Below, piece by piece: positions 26,562 through 39,715 of a stretch of 64,000 nt of DNA. The notes beneath the pieces were generated by a model. It was not told the DNA's origin and searched no databases. It saw only the letters and a program-made list of their open reading frames with translations. Origin of the DNA: Eledone cirrhosa (Eukaryota); the NCBI GenBank assembly GCA_964016885.1, contig OZ024744.1, positions 81,530,001 through 81,594,000 of the forward strand. Direction: 5' to 3'. Every line of letters starts with the position of its first letter. The first letter of the stretch is position 1. A program made the position numbers and the translations under genes.

Positions 26562-26701
26562 TAATTACATAATAAACAACACAATATAATTATTCCATTA
26601 CCAAAGGTTTCGGGAGACTAGACGACCCTTACAGAAATATCCAGCTTGTTCATCAGATTAAATAATGGAATAATTATATTGTGTTGTTTATTATGTAATT
26701 A
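26562..26701 (-). ncRNA. Hammerhead-like motif enclosed by ~40-bp inverted repeats
   Basis: Minus strand CUGAUGA...GAAA-CC-UUU-GGU-A (GUA triplet) with imperfect stem II closure. The flanks 26562-26600 and 26663-26701 are reverse complements. Confidence 0.45.
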
Positions 26702-26761
26702 AATAGCTCTGTACTATACATAGAGCACTCTTTTTCCTTTACCTTTTCTATGGAAATACTT

Positions 26762-26792
<31 letters not shown>

Positions 26793-27013
26793 GTAATATA
26801 TATATATAGTAATATATGAGATTATAGTGTGATAGTTCACTATTTTCATTGGTAAGATGAGTTAAGCTCAATGTACATTTTTACCATTCGTTCTTCAGGA
26901 GTGAATAGTTATTCTGACAGAGCATTTATAATTCAAAACTCAATACAACCAAGTATTAGTATACTAATCTTTGGTTGTATTGAATTTTGAATTACACATA
27001 CATATATATATAT

Positions 27014-27254
27014 ATTTAAATAATTTTAAAAACCAAACAATGCATTAGGAAGAACATTAAATCGCCAAGATAGCAAAAGAATCTCTTAACAAGCAAGTCA
27101 ATTCAATCGTTCTTTTAAGTCCCTCATAGGGTTACTCCCTTGATAATGGGTTTTTAAACCAGAAAATATTTGGGATCATTAAATTTGCTAAGGTAAGATT
27201 CTTTTGTTATCTTGGCAATTTAATGTTCTTCCTGGTTTTCAAAATTATTTAAAT
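27014..27254. repeat. Inverted repeat enclosing a decayed hammerhead (27136-27175, +)
   Basis: Arms aggaagaacattaaatcgccaagatagcaaaagaatct / agattcttttgttatcttggcaatttaatgttcttcct. Inside: UCCC-UUGAUAA-stem II GGUUU/AAACC-GAAA-AUAUU-U-GGGA. Confidence 0.6.
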
Positions 27255-27758
27255 GAGTTTCCTATTCAACAATGCTTCAAGCAAGCTACAAAACTGTTTA
27301 TATATATATATATATATATGCACAATTAGTGAAAACTAAAATTATACATTAGGTATTTGGGTAACAAATACATTCATTTGCTACAATTCTTGTACCATAA
27401 TAGCATAAATTGAAGTGCTGAAACAAACTGGTTTCTCTTTTTTTGAAGACTTACAAACCAATCGATAAATCTGACAGCCAAAGTGAGATATTTCTTGTGA
27501 GCAGGGGTGGGTTAAGTTGGGTGAGATATTCCCTTGAAATCTGAATAACAATTTACTGGACAACTGGACATTAAAAGTATCATGTGAAGAAATCAATTCA
27601 ATTCTGTTGTGTGTGTTTATCTTTACACATGTGTATGTCTATTTATACACACAAAGCACCCAACTTGTTACTGGTTGTACAAAGTTAACTAATATATCTC
27701 AAGTTAAACAACCAGTTCTCTCACTTTTTTCTTTTTTTAAAAAAAGCACCATTCATTT

Positions 27759-28031
27759 TCATTCTCGTATCACCTGTATGCTGTCTTCTTGGATATCCAC
27801 CTGAGATGGATAGACGGCGTACAGAGAACTGTCCTCGTTCAGGATACGTACTTGCTGAACAATCAGCTTGTAATTTGGTTCCTTGTCACCAGAACACTGG
27901 TCACCATCCAGTAGATCTCCAATTCCTAAGTTAAGAAGTTCCACTAACAGAGTATTCATTACGCTTTTACAGATTGGTAAACTTCGGGAACTTGTCACTT
28001 CCACAAGTATTTCACTAGTTTCGGGAGAAAT
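27759..28031 (-). CDS. LRRC47: LRRC47 coding exon 5 (last), ISPETSEILVEVTSS...VYPSQVDIQEDSIQVIRE*
   Basis: tttcag acceptor, phase 0, 273 nt including TGA. Matches the LRRC47 C-terminal motifs VEVTS and L.V.QVR...VYPS..D. Confidence 0.9.
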   Translation of the reverse strand: MSPETSEILVEVTSSRSLPICKSVMNTLLVELLNLGIGDLLDGDQCSGDKEPNYKLIVQQVRILNEDSSLYAVYPSQVDIQEDSIQVIRE

Positions 28032-28084
28032 CTGAAAACGAGAAAGTAATAGATTATTCCAGTATTATGAATATGTAGTTTTCT

Positions 28085-28325
28085 GGTTAAGATGCTGAAC
28101 TAACGATCATAAGGTCATGAGTTCGATTCTTGGAACAGGTGGTGCATTGCATCCTTGAGACAAACACTTTATTCCAGATTGCTCCAGACCACAAAATATG
28201 TTGCAACCATACTTGTGCCAAGCTGTATCAGTCTTTGCCTTTCCCTTCGTTGCATGGGCGACTGCTGGTCTACCACAAAACAGTCCACCCAGGCTTGTGC
28301 TTTGCAGAGGCAAACCAATGGCCAA
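28085..28325 (+). mobile_element. tRNA-derived CORE-type SINE in LRRC47 intron 4
   Basis: B box gagttcgattc and CORE-like tccttgagacaaacacttt; body shared with 51355-51668. Confidence 0.65.
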
Positions 28326-29085
28326 TCATATTCCATTTCTTTTAAAAATACCACATAAATGTTAAAAATAACTGGTGATATGACTTAGCTAAAATATATT
28401 TAGGACATGATATTCTTCTAATCTATACAATATCATTAGTATCTTTTTACGTCTGCTTTCCCAGCAAAGTTTCCCTCCACCAACTGTGTTCCTTCGTCAT
28501 CTCTGTGAAGTTCAACATTTTGAGATCAGCCCACACTTCTGTCTAGGTCTTCCTCTACTGCAACTTCTTTCACTCTCAAACCATCATCCATATACATCAC
28601 ATGTCCATACTGGAACAATCTTTGTATACTACAGTTTTTCCTGTTCAGGCATATTAACATCACACATCCATTGGAGCAAACTCAACTTCTCACCTTCTCC
28701 ACATATACTGCTCATGTTTCATTATCATGCAGCATCGCACATGACTCACAGGCTGGCTTTTTATTTGTATAAAAACCCTTTTTTGTTGGCAACAGATGCA
28801 GCAAGTCTCTAAAACTTTTTATATCCTATTCTGCTAGTAGCTATTATACAATGACAGGCAATCAAATTAAATACAAATGTTTTAAGGCCATTTTTCCTGC
28901 TAAAGCAGGGTTAGCTTTGCAGGCCCTATGACAGTCTTCATAACTACCAAGGGGTCCTTTTTAAGGCATTGTTTTACAGTTAGATGCCAACATGAAGGAA
29001 TAAAGTACATATTCTAAACTGGATACACCACAGCATAGACAAACATATTTAGATGAAATTATAGTAACTTTAATGATTCTCTCAC

Positions 29086-29188
29086 CTTTGTTACATCACT
29101 GTTGGTGATTGGGGGGAAAGAAATGACTTGATCTTTGGCATCAAGCAAACAAGGATATTCAGGTTTTTCATGTAGAAAATCTAAATAT
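29086..29188 (-). CDS. LRRC47: LRRC47 coding exon 4, YLDFLHEKPEYPCLLDAKDQVISFPPITNSDVTK
   Basis: ttttag acceptor and gtgag donor; 103 nt, phase 2->0. Contains the B3/4 (PheRS-beta-like) motif VISFPPITNS. Confidence 0.92.
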
Positions 29189-30208
29189 CTAAAATAAAAG
29201 AGGATTACTGATTAAAACTATATTAGCAATACAATAACTTTATTGTATCAATCTTGTCATCAAATCTGTTTTATTAGCAATACAAATATCTTTCCTTTAT
29301 CAATCTTTTGTCATCCCACCAGTTTTGTAGACCTGTCCAACCCCTGCAAGCAGATGGACTTAAAAATAATGATGAACATCTTTCCTGTCAACACAACTAC
29401 AAAGCCAACAGTTTTTAAGTTCGAGTTAATTACTTCTTGGTCAACTACTATGATCATCATTTAATTCCTATGGTCACCACTTTTGCCTCTAGAATATATT
29501 ACATATTCACAAGTAATCTTCAACTGCGGCAAGAGCAATGGTGGGGATGAGGGAGGGATATTATAGAAAGAAGCAACTGCAGACACATGAAACTGATGGT
29601 TCAAGTTATGAAAGTAAGAGAAAAAGTTTTATAGCACAATTGATAAGGATGAGAATTATTTTAAATGTTCGGGTTTGTCAATTGATGCCTTATTAGTGAG
29701 GTAACTACAAGACCACTATATTTGTCAACCAGAGAAAAGCCTTCGATAAGGTTCTATGCTCTGTGGTTTGTTGGTCACTAAGTAATCCAAGTCGAGAGGA
29801 ATGATTTGGGGCTAAATAACTCTGGATATTTTCCCTATTTTCCTGCTAATTATACTGGTAGTGTTGGTGCTGCGATAAAAAGCACCCAGTCCACCCTGTA
29901 AAGTGGTAGCGTTGGTCTCCCAATAAAAGTGCCCAGTTCACTCTGTAAGGTGGCTGTAATGGTGTCACAACAAAAAGCACCCAGTTCACCCTGTAAGGTG
30001 GTAGTATCAGTGACACAAAAAAAACCCCCGGAAAAATGCTCCTAGTACACACCGTGAAGTGGTTGGCATTAGAATGGGTACCCCACTGCAGAAACCAAGC
30101 CAAAAATCGAATATATGAGCAAGATGTAGTCACAACCTGCCTAAACCCATGTAAGCATGGAAAATAGACAAATGGTGATGATGATATATATCACACACAC
30201 ACACATAT

Positions 30209-33200
30209 ATCATCATCATCAACGTTTAACGTCCGTGTTCCACGCTTGCATGGGTTTGGACGGGGGTTTTCCCACTTGAGGCAAGAGTGATTGTCTTGCT
30301 CGCATAGGACTGTCTGGCAGGTTTTCTACAGTTGGATGCCCTTCCTAACACCAACCACATTTACAGTGTGGGGCTGGGAGGTTTTTACCGTGTTGCCTAC
30401 ACGGCCACATTACAGCGTGGACTGTCTGGCGGGTTTTCTACAGTTGGATGCCCTTCCTAACACCAACCACATTTACAGTGTGGGTCTGGGAGGTTTTTAC
30501 CATGTTGCCTACACGGCCACATTACAGCGTGGACTGTGTGTTTTTTTGTCGTGACACCTACACGATCTCATTTGTTTCGGCCTGGATGGTGTGGCACCAA
30601 CATAACTTTACATAGAAGGGGGCGGTGTGGGGTGGGACGGGGGTGTATTTTGTTAGAGATGCCTACTGACTGTAGTAGGTTTTACTTTGTATTTAGGTAA
30701 GGCGGGTCTTCTCTATTACTGAGTACCGCCAAAGGTCTCGGTCCAGTGACATTGTCTTGGTGAGGTGTAAGTGTGTGAGGTCGGAGTTTATCAGCTCGTC
30801 CCAGGTTTTTCTGGGTCTGCCTATTCCGTGGCTACCGTCTATCTTTATTGCCCTGCACTTTGTTATACAGCTATCGTCCTTCATGCGCATCACGTGACCA
30901 TACCAACGTAGCCTTCTCTCTAGTAAACAACATCTGATCCCTCTTATTTCTAATTTTTTCCTTAGTTTGTTTATGCTTTGTCGTTCACGTATATTACTAT
31001 TACACATCCAGCGGAGCATGCAAGCTTCGTTTCTCTCTAGTCTGCGTATATCCTCTGCACACAATGCCCAGGTCTCACTGCCATGCAACATTGCTGTTCG
31101 TATGCAGGCATCGTACAACCTGCCTTTCATTTTTAGGGAGAACCCTTTAGTGGCTAATAGTGGTATAAGCTCTCTGAACTTTTTCCACCCAGTTCTGACT
31201 CTAGCTACTGTACTTTCAGAGCACCCTCCTCCACTGCTGATTTTGTCACCCAGGTAACGGAAGCTGTCCACTATTTCTATAGAACCCTCTGCGCAGTTGA
31301 AAGAGCTAGTATTTTGTGGGCACTTGCTGCTACTTATTGCCCCAGAACACCGGCCACATGTAAAATCTATGTTCTTAGTTAGCTTACCTGTGATCCCACT
31401 ACATCTTTTATGCACCCAAACTTTGCATTTGGGACACAAAATGGAATTTCTACCTATGCCTTTCCTACACTCTGCGCATGGCCACTTCCCGGAGGGGACC
31501 GCCGCCTTATTTTCTTTCTTACAAACTAGAACTTTAGTCTTAGCCAGGTTAATTTTAAGGCCTTTTGATTCTAGGCCGTGCTTCCATGTTTGGAATTTCT
31601 TCTCTAGCTCGGCCATTGATTCAGCTATGAGCGTTAGATCATCTGCGTATAGGAGTTCCCATGGGCAGCCGGTCTTGAACTCCAGTTATAGCCTGGAGGG
31701 CGATAATAAATAGTAGGGGGCTAAGAACAGAGCCCTGATGAACACCAACTTTTACACTAAACTCTTCACTATATTCGTTGTTAATTCTAACCTTACTGAT
31801 TGTTTCTTTATACATGGCGTGTATAGCTCTCACAAGCCATTCATCAACACCTAGTTTTCTAAGAGCCCACCAGATAATGGAACGGGGGACTCTGTCGAAG
31901 GCCTTCTCCAAGTCGACGAAAGCTAAGTATAGGGGTTTACTTTTAGCTAGGTACTTCTCCTGTAGTTGTCGTACAATGAAAAGAGCGTCTGTGGTACTTT
32001 TTCCTGACACAAACCCGAACTGCATTTCATCTAGATCAATTCGCTCTCTGATTAGTTGTGCTATTACTTTTTCCGTGACCTTCATGACCTGGTCGATTAA
32101 TTTAATGCCTCTATAGTTACTCCTATCTAGGGCATCTCCTTTACCCTTATAACAGTTAACGATGATGCTGCTACGCCAGTCCTTCGGAACAACCCCATTC
32201 TGTATGACTTGGTTGACTATCCAGGTGACCATGGTGTGTCCCACCGTACCAGATACCTTCAGCATCTCGGCAACTATTTCCGAAGGCCCAGCTGCCTTGC
32301 CTGTCTTCATATCTTTGATTGCCTTACTTATTATACTACCCTCGACTAACACTGCTGGTCCCTCTATTGGGTCGATGTGGGGGAGACTGTCTTTCTCCCA
32401 TTTATTCTCCTCATTTAGTAGCCTTTCATAGTGACACTTCCAAGCTACCTTCTTATCGGCGTTGGTGATGGCAAGTACGCCGTCATCGTTAAGTACACAC
32501 TTCTCCCCGACAATATCACTGTTTTCCTGAACACCTCACGTTTTTGGTCCTCACGTTGTAGAACATGCTTGAACTTTCTTTCCTCTGCTTCCCTTCTTGC
32601 GAAGTACACTTGTCTCCTAGCTTCCCTCCTGGCCACTTGATAGTCTTCTCTACATCCCCCATCCCGCCATACTTTCCAAGCCTGCTTTTTGGCCTTAATT
32701 GACCCCTCCACCTTACTGTTCCACCACCATGTTACTCTCCTCCTGCCTACAGGCCTGCTCCAGCCACAGACTTCGTCTGCCGCCGTCAGCAGGTTTGCTT
32801 TCAGGAATTCCCACTGTTCCTCTACCTTGTACGTCTCTAATTGCTCTTCCTTACTGTCGAAAGCATCAAGTAATATGCTTTGGAATTTATTTTTGGCTGT
32901 GGGGTCCTTTAGCTTCCATATTTTTCTCCTGAGGATAGTCCTCTTCTGTTGTCTAGTACGTCTCGTCCTGACTATTAGGTCGCTAATTATCAGTCTATGT
33001 TGGGAGGTGCATTCTTCATTGGGGAGGGATTTAGTGTTTACGACAGTCACTTTGTCACGTCTTCTGGTAAGGATATAATCTACCTGGCTGGTATGTTCCC
33101 CTGATCTGTAGGTGATCAAGTGATTGTCTCGTTTTTTGAAGCTAGTGTTGCAGATAGTTAGGTTATTTGCGTCGCAGAATTCCAGGATTCTGGAGCCTTC

Positions 33201-34339
33201 CTCATTTCTAGTACCAAACCCATAGCCTCCATGGATTTCGTCGTAGCCGTCACAATGTTGTCCAACGTGACCGTTTAGGTTGCCTGCAATAATTATATAG
33301 TCACTGTCGGTTATTTGGGAGGTAGTGAGCATCAGTGTCTCATAGAATCTGTCTTTTATAGTGCTGGGCAGTCCGGATTGGGGTGCGTACGCGGATATTA
33401 CTGTCACCGTAGTTCTATTGAGGACAAGTCTTATTTTAATTATTCTGTCGTTCACTCTATTTACGTCTATTATCTTATCTGCTACCATGATTCCTACTCC
33501 ACCCAGCCCATTGTCGTTTCCCACCCAGAAAAGCTTATAGCATCGTTTTCTACCCACAATGAATCTAGCAGATCCACCCCTCCACCTGGTCTCTTGAATA
33601 CAACAAACATCGACCTCCTTACGTTCAAGCATTTCTACAACCTCGTTAGAGCGACCCTTTAAGGTGCCTACATTCAAGGTACCAAATCTGAAATTTTGGA
33701 TTGCGTTTGGGGGGGTGGGAAAGATGGGGGGCGGGGGGAGATGGGGTTATGTTAGCCATCCGCGGCCGAAACAAAGAGGCATGCTCGCATTCTCGTCCAC
33801 GAGGTGTGTTTGTCTTTAACTTTGGCATTGTCGCTGAGCGTCCAGATTTTTCTCTCTTCAACTCTCCGGAACTCCGTAGTCCTTCCATCCTACATATCGA
33901 AGGCGACCAGGTAAGCGATAGTATAGGCCTCTGGCTTATGATTGGTCCACGTAATAATAATGGTGATGCGTGGGGGCGGGAGGGAGGGGTGTTGAGTTGT
34001 TAGCGAGAAGGATAGGTTTAAGTGAGATCCCCGTATTTAACGAACGTAAACAAAAATATAAGATTTGTTTAGTAAAATACGCCAAAAATTTCCGTATTTT
34101 ACAAGCATGACAAAAATACAAGAGATTTGTTTTGGAAAATACAGGGGGAAATAGGATGGATGGGTGGCTAGTGAGACAAGAATTGGAAAGAGGATAGAAA
34201 AAAAATGCTATTGGAAGGACTATGGAATTAGGCGGATGTTAGAAAAGGTAGAAAAATGAGTACATTACATTATACCATGAATGAAATTCAGCCACAAATT
34301 TGGCGAAAGTGAATTACTTTGTCTTATATATGTATATGG

Positions 34340-34388
<49 letters not shown>

Positions 34389-34525
34389 TGATTTGACCGC
34401 ATGTTGTAGAGTGTGGTGGAGGGGGAGAAGATATTAAGGAGCGGGAATTAAGAGTTTGAAATAATAACAAATATATTTAAAATATTGTTAAGAGTTTGAA
34501 GTAACAAATATATTTAAAATATTTG
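30209..34525 (-). mobile_element. RTE LINE copy 2, near full-length (5'UTR, APE, RT, PHD, 3'UTR), frameshifted; in LRRC47 intron 3
   Basis: APE motifs TLNVGTL, CCIQETRW, SAYAPQ, GNLNGH, QVDYIL, SQHRL; RT motifs; (GAT)n tail. Frameshifts at ~33700, ~32525 (22-bp deletion) and ~31684. The 5' boundary is approximate. Confidence 0.95.
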
Positions 34526-35193
34526 TATAATATATATCTATATATATATCTCTATCAAGCTCCCAAAATATGGTTCCGCTATGAGCATCATAACATGGAC
34601 AATTCGTCTAACCCATGCGAGCATGGAAAAATAGATATTAAATGGTGATGATGATATATATGATCATCATCATTTAACGTCCATCTTCCACGCTAGCATG
34701 GGTTAGATGGTTTTGTTCCATTTGATGCGGGATTGGTCGGGAGATTGTGTCTCAGAGATCTCTAACGTTGCGCAGTAATACAGAAGACCCAAATTCCCAC
34801 GGGCATAGGCCTTACCCGAAGCACATATATAGTATGCACAACCCCGCCCTCTTCCATGAGGACAAGCTAAAGGTACATCCAATGAAGCCTCCAGCTTACA
34901 CTGTATAGTCGTGAAGGTGTCACGGCAAAAAGCACCCACGACTCCTTGTAAATGAGGCTGGCGCTAGGAAGGACATCCAGCTGTAGAAACCAGGCCAAAA
35001 ATTGGTTCGGTATGAGCAAGACATGGTTACCTGACCTGGCTTTGCTCACAACAGGATAGCTTATCTAACTCATGCCAGCATGGATAAATAGATGTTAAAC
35101 AGTGACGATGATGATGATATATATACTATATATATATATCAGTCTAATATAGATTTTTAATAATAACAGGAAATAACTAAATAGAATACTCAC

Positions 35194-35312
35194 TTATGCA
35201 CACCACTGAGTTTGTTTCTTTTTTTCTCTTTACGAATTTCATCAGCTTCTTTTCTCAGAGATGAAACAAGGGTATGTGCATCAACCTCTTCCTTACCAAA
35301 CAGAGGGACTAA
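35194..35312 (-). CDS. LRRC47: LRRC47 coding exon 3, LVPLFGKEEVDAHTLVSSLRKEADEIRKEKKRNKLSGVHK
   Basis: tttttcag acceptor and gtgagt donor; 119 nt, phase 0->2. Matches the EA...RK.KKR...SG.H motif. Confidence 0.9.
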
Positions 35313-35388
35313 CTGAAAAATATACCCACCAAACAAAATTTGAATTATGAAAAAAAAGTTTTTGGAAATTTCACAGGAAACTTAGAAG

Positions 35389-35421
<33 letters not shown>

Positions 35422-38400
35422 CCAATTGTCAGATAGGACCAATGAAACTGTCTCCATAGGTCTTTCTATTGCTGATACTATCTGCCTGTCACAACTCCTG
35501 GCAGAAGGAGGTGGTATTTGACCTTGGAATGCAGAGCCATAACAGATACCATGAAGCAACCATCTGACTCTTTACCAATCTTTGACAATCCACCATCTCT
35601 AGACTGGTAACTTATTTATTGACCCCAAAATGACAAAAGGCAAAGTTGACCTTGGTGAAATTTGAACTCATAACACAGACAGCATTTAATCTGACACTCT
35701 AATGATTATCAATTTGCCTCCTACAATATATTTTCTTAAAAATTCTAAACATAGAAAAATCTAGTCAGTTGAGTATCAGTATTTCCAGTATTTCTTACAG
35801 CTAGGTATCTGCATTCTGAGATCGAATCATGCCACGGTCAACTTTGCTCTTTATCCTTTTGTTGTCAATAAAATAAAGTGCCAGTTTAGTATAGAGGTCG
35901 ATTTAAACCAGTTGTATCCGACCAGAATTCTCTCACTTCTTTCTGTTCAAACATGCCACTCATACTGATGTTAAGGTATTGTTCTTAAAATAAATAATAC
36001 CAAAACCTCATAGATTCAACATTATGTGAAATAAAGCCTTTACTGCGAAAATACAATAGTAAATATAGAGTAACGTAAATGCTATGGAGTTAATAACAGC
36101 CTTGTGTTTGTTAGAAATTATTAATCTAAAAGAAAAACATGGAACAGTGGCAACAATCTATTAAAGTAAGTAGAAATATTGACAGATGGTTTACAACTTG
36201 CAGCTCTACAACAGTTTGTTGTTTCCTTTGTATGATGGAACATTATCAGGGTTACTAATGTGCCACCCCAAGGGGATCAGGAGGTTCTCAAAGTCAGACA
36301 CAGGTGGAAGCTGTGGTAGATGTCAAGTGCAACAAAGATCTTAAAGTCAAATCTTCAGTGAAGCTGGATCTACGGAAGCCATACAGTTTAATTATTAACC
36401 CATCAGCATTTTACATTATATATTCTCGGTAAAGGTTTTACCTCACATAATATCGAATATATGAGATTTTGACGTTATTTATTTTGAGAACAATACCTCA
36501 ACATCAGTATCAGTGGCCAGTTACAGCCGGTTTGAACAAAAAGAGGCGAGAGAATTCTGGCCAGATACAGTTAGTTTAAATGCTAAAGGGTTAAGAGTGA
36601 AAGTGACCCAAGGAAATGAAGGTTACTTACAACCAATTCCATCAGTTTTGAGATGTGAGAAGCGAGAGCAAGATGTCCATAGTTGGAAGCATAAGAATAG
36701 TTGCCCTTTTGATGGATGGGATACTCTGTGGTACGTTTCCAACATCTCAAATACAAACAACTGAATCCTGTAGAAGTAAAACCTTCTGGGTATTGGAATT
36801 TGGAATACTAGTTAGTTCTGATCAATAACATTACACTTTATATAAAAAAATAAACAACAACTTATCTTACAGAAACAATTACCATACATGAATTTTTTCC
36901 CATTCAGTGTTTATTGTTACGATGCAGTTGATAAATTTTTTCCCAAGAATATGACTGGTATTTCACCATCATCATCATCATCATTTAAGCCACTGTTCCA
37001 CGCTCACATGGGTTGGATGGGTCTTTCTCAACACAGCACCTTTCCATTTGCCACGATCCTTTGTCATCTCCTCTGTGAATGTAACGTCATCAAAGCGATT
37101 GAGATCAGCTCTCACGACTTCCTCTACTGTGGCTTCCCTCCACCTGTATTTCTTGGCACTCCTTCGCCCAGCAATCATCCTTAATGTGCATCACATGTCC
37201 ATACCATGTATTTATATAATTACTCCTAAACTGATGACAGATGAAGTTGGCTGAGAATGCACACCCTCTCCAAGAAGGCCATTTCAACTTAATTGGTTAT
37301 TCATCCTTTACAAACACTTAACTAATAGTCCATCAACACACTGTATCCTTGTTCCATATCTCTTCTACTTAACCTACAATTCCTGCTACTTATCACTTCC
37401 AGCTAACCTGGCACTATGCACCTCCATCGTCTCTGTCTTTATTGCTTCACCTTTCTCCAAACTCAAGATCCAAACATTTTCTCCAGTCTTTTCACCACTA
37501 ATCTGTGCTAAATTTTCCACATAGAGACTGAATTTGAATGTCAACCAATACAATTCCACTCCGCTTTTTGTGACAGGACCATTTCTAATTGTCAGCCACT
37601 GTTGATTATTAACCCTTTAACATTTACATTACTCTATAGGCTTTACCTCATGTAATTTCAAATCTATGAGATTTTGATATTTATTTTGGGAACAATACCT
37701 TAAAATCTGTATGAGTGGCCATTACAGCCAGTTTGAACAGAAAGAGATGAGAGAATTCTGGCTGGATATGGCTGGTTTAAATACTAAAGAGTTAAAGGAC
37801 CAACACAACAACAGTAAACATTCATTGTGATACACCACTACCGTCATTGATTTAATATCAGTATTTCTATACAAGGATGGGTTTACAAAGCTGCAATCTT
37901 TTACATGTCCCAGTCCTGTGTTATTTTTTCCCGTAAGACCCAGTGTTCACAGATCAGATCAGACAGGCTGGTTCCTGTTAGGTCTTCAGCATACTATAGT
38001 TATATCTATCATTCATATTCTCAAACCAGTGAGTCAAAGAAAATATGAAAACTTAAATAAACAATTTTCAACACACACAAACACAAACAAAATCTAAGAA
38101 ACAATGTTTTATGGTTTAATCCATTTGTGACTGTATTTCTAATTAAATACAAGAGATAAATAATTTGGAGGAATGTAGTAAAATAAATAACCTTTTCATT
38201 ATTAATCTGGTAAAAGACGATTGAGTTTCAAAAAGCTGGTTATGTGGTAAAAAAAATTACAAAGGTCAAATGATGACATAAAACAAAAAGTAATGTCTTA
38301 CCCAGTATATTTTAACATGATATTTCAGGGTTAATACCCTCTTTTCAAATGTGGAACTGAACAGCTGCTCCACATTTGAAACATTACTTTATTTTGTTTT

Positions 38401-38659
38401 ATTTGTCAACCTTTGCCTTTTATATATTTTTACCACATTGTACCAGCTTTTTGAAACTTATCTGTCTTTTATTACATATTCCACAATGCTTCATATTAAT
38501 TTCATTACCTTATTAATCTGGTGTTTGCTACATAAAATTTTAACAAAAGGTTTGAATTTAAACGTGAACGGTTTAAAATTAGAAGTTTGGCGTTAGAAAA
38601 CCAGAGGTGGTTTCAGGAGAGTTGGCATCAAAATGGCTAAATGAAATAAGTCAACTTAC

Positions 38660-38776
38660 TTTGATTTTAGCTGGAACTTTGGCATCAAATACAAGAGGTG
38701 CTTTTAGTTTGGACATATCATGGGTGGCTATAGTTGCTGCTTGTCTTTTATCACAAACTGCATCGTGGAGTTTTGT
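38660..38776 (-). CDS. LRRC47: LRRC47 coding exon 2, TKLHDAVCDKRQAATIATHDMSKLKAPLVFDAKVPAKIK
   Basis: ttcag acceptor and gtaagt donor; 117 nt, phase 0. Contains the B3/4-domain motif KLH...C.KR..ATIATHD. Confidence 0.92.
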
Positions 38777-39239
38777 CTGAAAGAAGAACAGAAATAAACT
38801 GAGATTTATTTAAAAGCCACAGTGAAATTCTAAAAGATTGGGCTATTTTGAAACTTGTGGCTTTCAGAATGATGATATATGTATGTAATAGGATTCTTAT
38901 TTCACCAAAATAAACTAACTGAACTGAGTGAATTTGAAATGAACTACTATGATTAATTCAAACAGTTCTGTCAATGGTTTTTATACTTCATTTCTAACCC
39001 ATTATTTTTCTAATAATCTAAAGCATTGCTTCAAAAAGACAACATAACATGGGACTGACAGGGTTAATGACTGTGAGCAGCGGAAAATGGTCTTAAAATG
39101 CTTGTAGTATGAGATAAGAAAAACAACTAGTGAAAAATGAAAAATTTGTCTTAACTTTAACTAAAAAAAATAATTAATTAGTGGTCCTGCTCAATATGCA
39201 GAAAGGAAGTAGACATAAACATTTTATGTACACAATGTA

Positions 39240-39715
39240 AATCTTGGAGTACATAAGAGATGTAGTGGGATAACGGGTAGACTAACAGGAAAGGAAGACT
39301 TTGTATGTAGAAGATGCACAGGGGAAGAGAGCCAGTGATGTAAGCCTATTCCACCCACAGGAAGGACCCACAGAAATGGTTGATAGCTTCTGCTATCTAG
39401 GTGATGCAATTAGGAAGAGAGGAAGGTGCTCCAAGAGCATAATAGCTAGAAGGATAAGATGGAAAATGTCTAGAGAGCTACCCCCACTGTTGACAAGAAA
39501 CGGTTGCTCCCTATATACAAAAGGACAAGTGTATAATGTCAGTGTAGACTGGAGAGAAATGAAGCAACCATGCTCTGTTGGATTTGCAATGTAAGTATGA
39601 GAGAAAGCCAGAGCTTGGATAAGATGAGGGAGAAGCTGGTTTGTGAAGAAGGCCACGTCCAACCCATGCAAGCATGGAAAAACAGACGTAAAAACGATGA
39701 CGATGATAATGATGA
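39240..39715 (+). mobile_element. Old PHD-type RTE fragment
   Basis: VHKRCSGITGRLTGKEDFVCRRC, VDSFCYLGD, ERNEATMLCWIC, RTE tail catgcaagcatggaaaaacagacgtaaaacgatg. Confidence 0.75.

Noticed and set aside
33690-33760. Programmed frameshift at the RTE ORF start
   Set aside because: The shift lies among C homopolymer runs in a single decayed copy, so an indel or sequencing error is more parsimonious.
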